Source: Setoptus koraiensis (taxonomy: Eukaryota; Animalia; Arthropoda). From it: DNA of 64,000 nucleotides. Location of the stretch: the NCBI GenBank assembly GCA_048013815.1, contig CM106585.1, positions 10,912,001 to 10,976,000 of the forward strand, read 5' to 3'. The position numbers and the translations under genes are program-made. Below the pieces are notes generated by a model, which searched no databases, was not told the DNA's origin, and saw nothing but the letters and a program-made list of their open reading frames with translations. Each line of letters starts with the position of its first letter. Position 1 is the first letter of the stretch. Shown here piece by piece: positions 1 through 10,473 of the stretch.

Positions 1-240
1 TTGTCAAAATTTACACTTTATTTCAACTCAAATCACCTAATACTATATTCTCGCGACGAATAGAAGCAAAACAATAGAGTTCTGGAAAATATTACGATTA
101 TTCCAAAAACTAGACTTCAGTTGAGGTTTTTATATATCTTTTCTTGCTCAGCTTGATCAGGAGAGAAGATTTCGGCTATAGTCAGTTGGAATCTTTTGTA
201 CCTGGAAAGGAGGTTTACCTTGTCAGTTTTACAACAACAA

Positions 241-316
241 AAACAGCTGTACAAGTGCGTGTGCCCACAATAAAAATAGCACGCAACAACAAGAAAATTC
301 TTTATTTATTGTACTG
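241..316. repeat. 76-bp exact dispersed duplication (partner at 10283-10358)
   Basis: AAACAGCTGTACAAGTGCGTGTGCCCACAATAAAAATAGCACGCAACAACAAGAAAATTCTTTATTTATTGTACTG occurs at both positions in the same orientation. Confidence 0.9.
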
Positions 317-373
317 GTTGGTTGTAACGTTATCACATCCAGAGCGAGGAATAAACCTCTCAGCTGCCGCAAC

Positions 374-700
374 TCAGCGCGCACTTGCATGATTGTTCTT
401 ATCCGCACTGACGACAAGGATATTGAACTTCAAGGCGTATTTATTACCCAGAGCTCATGGGGCCTCATCAATTACTTCGTCGGTCATAAGAACCAAAATC
501 TTGTTAGAATTCACAGGCAATTAATATTTTTCTATCGAAGATTTGACAGTGTTGACGATACTGTCAGTCGCTTTGGTGTCATAGATACATCTCGAAATAC
601 CCTTCGTTTCCACCACAACAAATCGCGTCGACGTCGTACGATTTTTTTCATCAAACAAATAGCCCGGTATAGATTAAACATCTGGCTCAGTCTCGTGGAA
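374..700 (-). pseudogene. Decayed last exon of a PP2C-like family member
   Basis: Hand translation of the minus strand: FHETEPDV*SIPGYLFDEKNRTTSTRFVVVETKGISRCIYDTKATDSIVNTVKSSIEKY*...LMTDEVIDEAP*...FNILVVSADKNNHASAR*. This is collinear with exon 3 of the intact copies (YHDSEPEI..PRYFFDE..STQFVVLETAS..MVDKILD..VLIVGLEKDDYASVH*) and has 3 in-frame stops. Confidence 0.8.
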
Positions 701-919
701 TTTTCATGGGGGAAAATTCATTCTAGCTAATTTCGTTGGAAACATAATTGGCGAAAGTTAATCCTGATCAAGTTTTTGTCATTTTTCTTGTGAAGTCTAG
801 CTCTCGTTTAGTCATCGTCGATATCTCATCGACCTAGATGGACAATATGATTGTTTGCATTTAGTATCGGAAAGCCTATTTCGAGAGGTGTTCGGAATTT
901 ATGCTCGCATTGGCGCAAT

Positions 920-2325
920 TCAATGAACACCTCCATAGTCGTCTTTCTCTAGTCCGATGACAAGCACATGATCACTACCGATAAGCGAACTCGGACGTGG
1001 CTTCGCCTTGGCTTTATCCAATATTTTGTCGACCATGGCGGCGTACATGGTTTTTTCTTGGAACAGATCTTCTTGGTAATACTTGACATTATCCGCAATG
1101 ATATCAGTCACTTCGGAGTCTTCGAGGCTTCTCGCAAGGCTAGCTGTCTCCAATACAACAAATTGTGTCGACATCATGGCGTCTGTTTCGTCGAAGAAAT
1201 ATCTAGGAGCGATTCTAATCTCTGGTTCAGAGTCGTGATATTTGCCGTCCCGATAATGATCCGAAGCAAATGACCTCGTTAGCTCGCACGGTGGAAAAAA
1301 CAAAGAAGATGGACACAAATGGAGATTTTTCTCGGAATGAAGGAGTACCTCTTGTTCCTGAATAGTGAACGATAGAGAGTTGAGCAAATAAGACAATCAG
1401 TCAATCAGAAGGCGGTAAATAAATTAGCAACGTGATTCGTGGGTCCGGAGGAACACCATTCGTCTTACATTATCTATGGTGTGGTCGCTGGTCAATCTAT
1501 TGGTATTGAGATCTTCATCGTAAGTTAAAACACGAACGTCGCCCAGCCAGGCAACGATCAAGTTATATTTTGTCACAATTAAAACCGATGCTGCCGTGCA
1601 GCTTTGGTTTTTTTCTGGGTCCTCTCGCGTCCATTGATCCACACGAGTAAATGCATCTTTTATAATTTTGGCTATTTCATTCCGGAGCCCTTCAGCCTGA
1701 TCAGCAACGGATGATAGAACATCGTCATTCTCTTGGAACGTGATCATCGGATTAGTCACCATATCTAGCAGTGGCAACAGATCCTTGACGGCATTGGCCA
1801 CCTCAATCAAAAGCATGCCTTTTACTCTAACAACCTAACAATTATAACGTAATCAATAAAAATGAGATGTGTGTATCAGTGTAGGAGAAAATAATCACTG
1901 ATTGCAAGCCAAATTTTACTACATACATGACCGTCGTAAAGTGCGAAAAATGCATTTCCGTTTCTATCCTCCATCGCGTCGAATTCATCAGTTAAATTAT
2001 CACCATTCAATGACGTTGCTTTTGCAACGACGAACGGATAAATTGATGGTTGCACTGTATTTCCGTGTGAATCCGGACCCTGACCAGATATTACGATTGT
2101 TCTCTCGGGAGTGGCCTCTGTGGTCGCATAGTCAGCAGTGTTCGCCCTCAGCGGCTCAGTTGGATTTCCACCATTCTTGATCAAATTCGCAATCTCCTCC
2201 ACATTAAGCTTCTTGTAATTCTTTTCTAAATTGTCGGCTTTTTGAACCGTAGTGACACCCCAACTTAAACTAGCTGAAAAAATACTGAACAAGGTCGGTA
2301 GTGCCAGAAGTTGAACAGAAAACAT
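920..2325 (-). CDS. Secreted PP2C (PPM)-fold protein, copy 1 (type A), intact, ~400 aa; exons 2325-1927, 1834-1469, 1357-920
   Basis: Hydrophobic N-terminal signal (MFSVQLLALPTLFSIFSASLSWG). PP2C motifs MED..FFALYDGH, CTAASVLI, LIVAWLGDVR, LTSDH, LTRSF, EPEI, FVVL. Phase-0 introns with GTATGT/TAG and GTAAGA/CAG ends give an open frame. Confidence 0.85.
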
Positions 2326-3020
2326 CTCTCGCCTTGGAATGAGGGAATCCAGTTACATTTGATGAAAGAACTTTGGCTTGGAATATCGCCACACTTCTGA
2401 TGTATTGATTCAGCTTACTTTCATATCACTTCGAAATATACGTCAACATGCACGTTATGCAGCGTATGAAAGTTCTAAAAATAGATCTGTGGCCTTATGG
2501 CCGAGCCTGGACCGGAACGGAATGGTTTGAATGGTTTGAGAAGGACGATTATCGAGTTGTTAATTAAAATTAAATTTGTGCAATGAGAGTACAAATTCTG
2601 TCATGTTTAGCGATGTAAACACGAGTCTAGAAAAGGGCTTTCCGAGGGGAGTTGCAAGCAACCCCAGTGTCCATCATGTTCCGGAACTAAACTAGGTTAA
2701 ACTTCATAAATAAATGGTCACAAAATTGATCTGAATCGACTTTCGCCAATTGTGTTTCTAGCAAAATTGGCTCAGATAGCTTTCGGCGATGCGCTATTTT
2801 ATGACTGGAGTAACGTTTACTACAACGATATCATAGAGAGATATAAGTCTAGAAAATTCCTAGTAGAAATATGACACAAAGCGATCATTCTGATGAATTA
2901 TATTCTCTGTTGCTAGGATTTTATTGATACATTTTAAATGATGCAATGATCGCATCGATCATCTCGGATCGATGCGAGATTTTCTTTGTTTGATTTCTGA
3001 CCTCTGTCTACTCCGCCATT

Positions 3021-4522
3021 CTAATGGACACTGGCATAATCGTCTTTCTCTAGACCTACAATGAGCACACTGAAATCCAGAGTGTCTGTTCTCTCGCTAG
3101 GAACGCTCAAGACATCGTTCAATATGTCGTCCACCATTTTATTATACATTGTGTTTTCCATTTCTGGTCTGTCCCTAAAATTTTCCACTGCCTTTGTGAT
3201 CTTTTCTGTCACCTGTATGTCTGAGATGCGAGTCGCCACGCTGGCCGTCTCCAAAACAACAAATTGTGTCGACATCATGGACTCATATTTGTCAAATATA
3301 TACCTTGGAACAAATTTCACCTCCGACTCAGACTCATGGTACCCTTGTGCTTTGCGCTCAGTGGAACCAAGAGATCTTGTCAAGGTGCAAACTTTGAAAT
3401 ATAGTTGATCCATTGGTGTACAGACTTTATGTCCTTTGGCAAGATGGTTTTCGATCTCTTGTGTCTAAATTGTTAGGGCGGAACGACACGCAGAAATATG
3501 AACTGATTAAGGGTTAGTATCTCTGAAAAGACACATCTTCGCAATGCGATAAATTCACAAGGTGTAAACGGAAAAGGGTCCTTACATTGTATACAGAATG
3601 ATCGTTGGTCACTCTTTTAGTCTTGAGATCTTCATCGTAGGTTAGTACGCGAACATTTCCTAACCACGCAACAATCAAGTTGTATTTTGTGACAATAACC
3701 ACTGATGCAGCCGCGCCGAGCTTAGGATTTGATCTGGGCCCTTGAATATCTTGATCAACTTGAGCAAAGACACCCTTGATTATTCGATCGATTTCATTTC
3801 TCAGCATTTCGGCGTAATCACTGGCGGCCACAATAACAGCTGGCTCTTCTTGGATCGTGATCATCGGATGTGTCACCTTGTCCAGCAATGGCAATTGGTC
3901 CTTCACAGCATTAGCCACTTTTATGAGAAGCAACTCTCTTACCTTGTCCACAGCTCTCTGATTATGATTACCAAGGGAATCGATTAATCGTCATTTTATT
4001 CACTCATCTCTCCTCTTTTCGTATTTTGTGTAGATCTTGTCAATGAATAGAATCTAAATGAATCTAGCGATACATACGTTACCGTCGTGGCCGTCATAGA
4101 GTCCAAAGTACTGGTTACCGTTTTGGTCCTCTTTTATATCAAAACGATCAGTTGAAGGGTCGCGATACACGTCATCGTCACGTACGTTTGATGTTGAGCC
4201 CTGTGTCAAATGATCACTATTCAATGACGTTGCTTTTGCAACGACGAACGGATAAATTGCCATCTGAATCAGGACTTTGGACGGCTATTATGATTGTTCT
4301 CTCCGGAGTAGCCTCTTCGGGCGCATAGTCAACAGCATTCGCCAGCAGCGGCTCAGTTGGATTTCCACCATGCTTGATTAAATTGGCGATTACTTCCAAA
4401 TCGAGCTCCTCGTAATTCTTTTCTAATTTGTTGGCTTTTTGATCCGTAGTGAGACCCAAACTTAAACTGGCTGAAAAAATACTGAACAAGGTCAGTAGTG
4501 CCGGAAGTTGAACAGAAAACAT
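3021..4522 (-). pseudogene. Secreted PP2C-fold copy 2, frameshifted, chimeric (type A 5' end, type B 3' end); exons 4522-4078, 3957-3586, 3464-3021
   Basis: A 17-nt deletion near 4262 relative to copy 3 shifts the frame (exon 1 = 445 nt), and the ATG frame stops after 101 aa. The downstream exons are open and resemble copy 4. Confidence 0.75.
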
Positions 4523-5130
4523 CTCTGGTTGAGTTAGAATAAAATCAAATTATATTCACTGAAATCGAATTATTACGATGTGAAATGTTGCGTGGAAAAT
4601 AAAAGAGAAAGATATGAGTTATTCAGCCGGGCCGATAAACGAATCTTGTCAAGCAGTTGGAGTTTCGGCTTGATCTATTTTTAAAATTTTCAATATGAGG
4701 TCCAGCTCTGGCAATATTCACGCAACATAGAATGAATATGTTGTATGCATTCCTAAACCATACTGAAGCCGACTGAAATAAATTTCTTCGAAGTGTAGCA
4801 ATATTTCACATCGTAATAATTAGATTTCGGTGAATATAGTTTGATTTTATTCTAACTCATCCAGATATGCTTTCTGTTCAACTTCCGGCACTACTGACCT
4901 TGTTCAGTATTTTTTCAGCCAGTTTAGGTTGGGGTCTCACTACGGATCAGAAAGCTAACAATTTAGAAAAGAATTACGAGAAGCTTGATTTGGAAGAGAT
5001 AGCGAACTTGATCAAGAATGGTGGAGATCCAACTGAGCCGCTGATGGCGAATACTGTTGACTATGCGCCCGGAGAGAACAATCATAATAGCCGGCCAAAG
5101 TCCTGATTCAGATGGCGAAACAGTGCAACC
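4262..5130. repeat. Inverted repeat formed by the 5' flanks and exon-1 starts of head-to-head copies 2 and 3 (arms ~4262-4592 and ~4799-5130)
   Basis: 4523-4592 is nearly the reverse complement of 4799-4866, and the similarity continues through ~260 nt of coding sequence. The unique spacer is ~200 nt. Confidence 0.85.
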
Positions 5131-6266
5131 ATCAATTTATCCGTTTGCCGTCGCACAAACGAGGGCATACAAAGGTAAATTCATCGGTGATGATTTGATT
5201 GATAAATTCGACACGATGGAGGATGAAAGCGGAAATCAATTCTTCGCACTTTACGATGGTCATGTATGTATTAGCATTCAACCTTTAATCAACAATCATT
5301 TTAGTGTATATTGATACACGCGTCTCACCTGCACTAATTACGTTCTAATCTGTAGGTTGTTAGAGTAAAAGGAATGCTTTTGGTCGAGGTGGCCAATGCC
5401 GTCAAGGTCCTGTTGCCACTGCTGGATAAGGTGACAAACCCAATGATCAAGTTACAAGAGAAGGATGATATAATTACATCTGCAGGTAATCAAGCTGATG
5501 TGCTCCGGAATAAAATTTCCAAATCAATCAAAGATGCCTTCGATCGCGTAGATCAACAAGCGCGAATGGATCCAGAAAAAGACAAACGTTGTGCAGCGGC
5601 ATCGATTGTAATTGTGACAAAATATAACTTAATCGTTGCATGGCTTGGCGATGTTCGTGTTTTAACCCACGATGAAAACCCCAAGACCAGTAGATTGACC
5701 AGCGACCACACCTTGGATAATGTAAGATGAATAATGTGCACCTCTATCCTGCAACCTGCATTATGCAAGACATAAATTGATCTGCCGCCCACTGATTGAC
5801 TCTTACCTCTTTATCGTCCATCATGCAGAGCGAAGAGTCATTACTTCATTATAGAAAAGGTTTCGAAACCTGTCCAAGTTTAACCTGGTTCAACGCGTGT
5901 GAAATGACAAGGTCGTTTGCTTCAGATTATTATAGGAATTACAAGAAGTATCATGACACTGAGCCAGAAATTAAATTTGCTCCGAGGTATTTCTTCAACG
6001 AAGCGAACGTCATGATGTCGACAGAATTTGTTGTTTTGGAGACAGCTCGTCTGGCGAGAAGCCTCGAAGACACCCAAGTGACTGATATTGCCGCAAACGA
6101 ATTCAAGTATTATCAAGACGATTCACTCTATGAAAACACCATGTACGTTGCCATGGTCGACAAAATTTTGGATGATGCTATTGAGCGACCACCTCCGGAA
6201 ACTCACACTAAGAATTACAGCGTGCTTACCGTCGGTCTAGAGAAGGGTCATCGAGGTGTTCACTGA
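4867..6266 (+). pseudogene. Secreted PP2C-fold copy 3 (type A), frameshifted; exons 4867-5263, 5356-5721, 5829-6266
   Basis: A 14-nt deletion at a CCG microhomology near 5070 (compared with copy 2: CCG[AAGAGGCTACTCCG]GAG) shifts the frame, and the ATG frame stops after 79 aa. Splice sites sit at the same positions as in copy 1, and exons 2-3 are open. Confidence 0.75.
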
Positions 6267-6833
6267 ATTGTGGCAACGAGAGCGCAAATTCCGTCATAGT
6301 TGGCGGTGAGAACTCTTTCCGAAATGGGTCCGATAGAAAATGCAAACAATCATATTGTCCGTCTATTTCTAAGACTAGACCAGAACTGAACTTCATAAGA
6401 AAAATGTCAACAAGTTGATCAGGATCAACTTTCGCCAATCATGTTCCCAGCAAAATAGGCTCGAATAAATTCCAGTCCTGTCTTATGACGGAGTTACATG
6501 TGGGCAAAAGGTCTGATAGAGATACAAATTATCAAAGTAGCCTGAAGATTTCGTTGTTTCGAATCATTTTGTCGTGGCAGAAATTCGATGCGGTCGCTTT
6601 TTCGTCACCCAACTGATCATAACTTATGGCACTTGAGAAAACTCGGTGGAAAGTTTTCTATGTTTCAAATAAGACTAGAAATATGAGACAAAGCGATCAT
6701 TCTAGTGATTTCAATTCTATGTTGATATCATTTTATTGATTCCGGTTAAATGATGCAACTATCGATCATCATGTAGACCAATTGAGGCAAAATTTTCTTT
6801 ATTCGATATCGAATCCCTGTATGTTTAGCCGTT

Positions 6834-8391
6834 CTAATGCACGCTGGTGTAATCGTCTTTCTCTAGACCTACAATGAGCACACTGAAATCGGTAGTGTCT
6901 TTTTTCACACTAGGAACCTCCAAGACATCGTTCAATATGTCGTCAACCATTTTATTATACATGGTATTCTCCATTTCGGGTCTGTCTCGGAAATCTTTGG
7001 CTGCCTTCGTTATGCGTTTCGACACTTGGATGTCTGAGACGCGTGTCGCAATGCTGGCCGTCTCCAATACAACAAACTGTGTCGACATCATTGCTTGGTC
7101 TTCTTCGTCGTCGTCGTCGCCGTCGAAGAAATACCTCGGAATGAATTTCACCTCCGATTCGGCTTCGTGGTATCTTCTTGTTTTGCGATCAGTCGACGCA
7201 AATGATCTTGTCAGGGTGCACGCCTCGAACCACAGTTGACCCAATGGTGTACAAACCTGGTAGCCTTTGGCGATGTGGTTTTTCACCTCTTGCAACTTTA
7301 TTGTGAGGATTAAAGGTTGTGCAGAAACAGAAATCGATTAATGGTCAGTTTTTTTTGGAAGAGATATAATTTTGTAATGTATTCACGAAATGTGATCGAG
7401 AGAATGCTCTTACATTGAATACAGAATGGTCGTTGGTCACTCGATTCGTTTTTAGATCTTCGTCGTATGTCAATACTCGAACATTTCCTAACCACGCAAC
7501 AATCAAGTTGTATTTTGTTATAATAACCACTGATGCTGCCGCTCCAGATTTGGCATCTGATCGGGGATTGGGCCCTTGGATATCTTGATCAACTTGAGCG
7601 AAGACACTTTTGATGATTCGTCCAATTTCGTTTCGGAACATTTCGGCGTAATCACCGGCGGCCGCAATAACATCTGGCTCTTCTTGGAACTTGATAAGCG
7701 GATGCGTTACCTTGTCCAATAATGGCAATAGATCTTTCACGGCATTAACCACTTTTCTGAGAAGCAGGCCTCTCACCTTGTTCACGACTCTCTATTTATG
7801 ATTATTGAAGAGATCAATTATCATAGAATTAATTCATTATCTCTGATCTGTTTTTTCGCATGTTGTGTAGATTTTGTCCATCAATGAAATCGAAATGAAT
7901 GTAGCGATACATACGTTACCGTTGTGGCCGTCATATAAACCGACATACTGGTTTCCGTTTTGGTCCTCTTTTACGTCAAAGCGATCCGTTGTAGTATCGC
8001 GATACAATGCACTGTAAAGCACGTTTGAAGTAGACTTCTGTGACACAATGAAGGGATAAAGTGATCTGGTCGCCTGGTGGCCGACAGCGTCTCGTTGTGT
8101 GCCGGCGGAAATAACTTTTCGTTTTGCGAAATTCTTTGCTGCAAAATCTTGTCGCTTGAATTTGAAAAAGTAGTAATCAGTATGAAGGTCATACCCAACT
8201 GCATTGATGTCGATCGGCTCAGTTGGCTCGCCGCCTTTCATGAAAGAATCGGCGATTGCCTTCACATCAATTTTTTCATAATTTTTTTCCCACAGAGCGG
8301 CCTTCTCTTCCGAAGTGAGTCCATAACTGAAACTAATTGTTAAAATACTGGACAAGGCCAGCAAGGATAAAAATCTTACTGAACGCAACAT
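6834..8391 (-). CDS. Secreted PP2C-fold protein, copy 4 (type B), intact; exons 8391-7915, 7791-7414, 7295-6834
   Basis: Signal peptide MLRSVRFLSLLALSSILTISFSYG. Motifs KED..YVGLYDGH, GAAASVVI, LIVAWLGNVR, VTNDH, LTRSF, FVVLETAS. Phase-0 introns; the last acceptor is an uncommon AAG. Confidence 0.8.
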
Positions 8392-9420
8392 TTTTTTTAT
8401 TTAAGATATTCGGAATTAAAATTCAAATAATCTCAATCAATATGTGCCCTCCACTGCTGACTATTTTCGAAAAACTACTATTATACGCAATTTTTGTTTG
8501 GTTGGCTAACTTTAGGTTTCTAGATTGAAAGTACTAGTACTGGAAATATTCTGCAGACACCATGGTTTGAGAGAGATGAAACTACATAGCAAAAAATTCC
8601 AGGCTCGTGATAGCTTGTCAAAAGTGATACAAAAATAGAAATTGCGACACACAATAGATATACGTCAAACGATGATGGTTGTTTTGGCGCAACATATTTC
8701 GTCTCTTTTTGGTTTGACTGCTAAATGCAGACAATATTGCACAGCTTCTCGTTGAGGTTCGACTCACTCTGGCTCACATGATAAAAGGTGCATTCTTCTA
8801 GCGAATGAATTTATTTTTATCCTCCACGCCAGCATGTAAGTCACAAAAATCTCTCTGGCTTTGCTCGGTATAATATCACCTGCTTCTAAACTTAAGAATC
8901 TGAAGACACAATCCGACAGAGGAACAATGAATAGATCGACAGACCAAAGGAGTTTCGTATCGTTGATTGGCTAGCGATGTAGCACAGTGCCTTTTCGGCT
9001 CAACATTCAAGCCCCACTTTTGGTATGTGCTTCCGTCCTCCCCGACTATATAGACTTATGCAGGTTCAAAACAGGTTGATGAGTCAACCACCCGAATAAT
9101 TTGCATGACATCCGGTCGATGCAATTGCATAGCGGCCTCACTGAGATCATGCAATATTCAAAATATACTTTGTGAAAACTGTGAAACCTCCCATCCGCTG
9201 AACATATCGCTCAATCGATTCCGATGGCATCTGGTGGTAGACTGGTAACTGACCGACCGCAACTGCTACTGTTGCAGTCGGTAAGTGCTATTTTATTTCT
9301 TCCTTCGGCATTTCTATCACCGAAACAACATTTATTCAATGATCATTTCGTTTTTTTTAACTTGAATTATGTGACGACCAAGTTTTTTTTTTTCATTTTA
9401 AAGGTTATCTCTTTCCTTCG

Positions 9421-9500
9421 TCTCTCGTTCCTTCGTCTCTATTTCCCTCGTCTCTCGTTCCTTCGTCTCTATTTCCCTCGTCTCTCGTTCCTTCGTCTCT
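9421..9500. repeat. 30-bp pyrimidine-rich tandem repeat (~2.7 units)
   Basis: Unit TCTCTCGTTCCTTCGTCTCTATTTCCCTCG. Confidence 0.85.
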
Positions 9501-9860
9501 CTTTCTCATGGGAAGCTCCCCGATCGCGAAGATTTGATATTATGAGCCGGGCAGCTTGTGTTAGGAGGCTGACACCGAGAAAAGATGCGCCCTCTGCTCT
9601 CAGAGATAGCAGCTCGGGATCAATTCGAGACGCACCGCGAACCACATCTATTATACTCGGCGGCGTTGGTGATGAGATGAGGTATTCAACTCGAACAATC
9701 GACAACAATCAGTCGCTATGAGTGGCCCATTCAAATCTTGGGTCAATCTATCGCCCACAGTGGCTGACACTGTTCCCAAATATCTCGCCATGTTGGCAGC
9801 GTTAATTAAATTTGATTAAATTTAATAAAATTCGAATTCATTACTAGATTTCTGACTGGA

Positions 9861-10397
9861 GAGCCATTGGTTTGTGTTTGTGGCAATCACGACATTGGTG
9901 ATGAGCCCACGAGTAATACTTTGAGAACGTAAAGAGAGTCATTCGGAGATGACTATTTTCATTTTGTCACAAATGGTGTATTATTTATAGTGATCAATAC
10001 ACAGTTTTACAAGCATCGTGCCAATGTTGTCGATTACGCCACAGAACAAGATGAATGGATTGAAAGAATGCTATCGAAGGCTAAAGATTACATATACACC
10101 TTTGTATTCCAACATATTCCGTGGTTCTTACAGCAGCCCGATGAGGACGACGATTGGGCAAATGTTTCCAAAGACAGCGGCCGTTTAGAATGGCTAGAGA
10201 AATTCAGAGCGGCCGGTGTCGACAAGATTATGTGCGGTCACTACCATCGAAACGCCGGTGGTTGGTATTATAATCGAAACCGAAACAGCTGTACAAGTGC
10301 GTGTGCCCACAATAAAAATAGCACGCAACAACAAGAAAATTCTTTATTTATTGTACTGATTAGAGCCATCTCGATGTTCACAATGTTTTCGTCATAA
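9861..10397 (+). pseudogene. CPPED1: CPPED1 (calcineurin-like phosphoesterase) fragment with in-frame stop; 5' half not found
   Basis: EPLVCVCGNHDIGDEPTSNTLRT*RESFGDDYFHFVTNGVLFIVINTQFY...FVFQHIPWFL..DEDDDW...GVDKIMCGHYHRNAGG matches the CPPED1 GNHD, FQHIP and GHYHRNAGG motifs. TAA at 9930-9932. Confidence 0.75.
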
Positions 10398-10473
10398 TTA
10401 TCATTATTATTAACATCATTATTATTAACATCATTATTATTATCATAATTCAGACAAAAAGCAGCAACAAAGC

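Noticed and set aside
389-7239. Plus-strand ORFs 389-730, 968-1273, 3061-3408 and 6874-7239, and similar antisense ORFs
   Set aside because: They are antisense shadows of PP2C-like exons.
9224-9721. 165-aa ORF and the overlapping 79-aa minus-strand ORF
   Set aside because: Length is sustained by the 30-bp pyrimidine repeat, and no family was recognisable.
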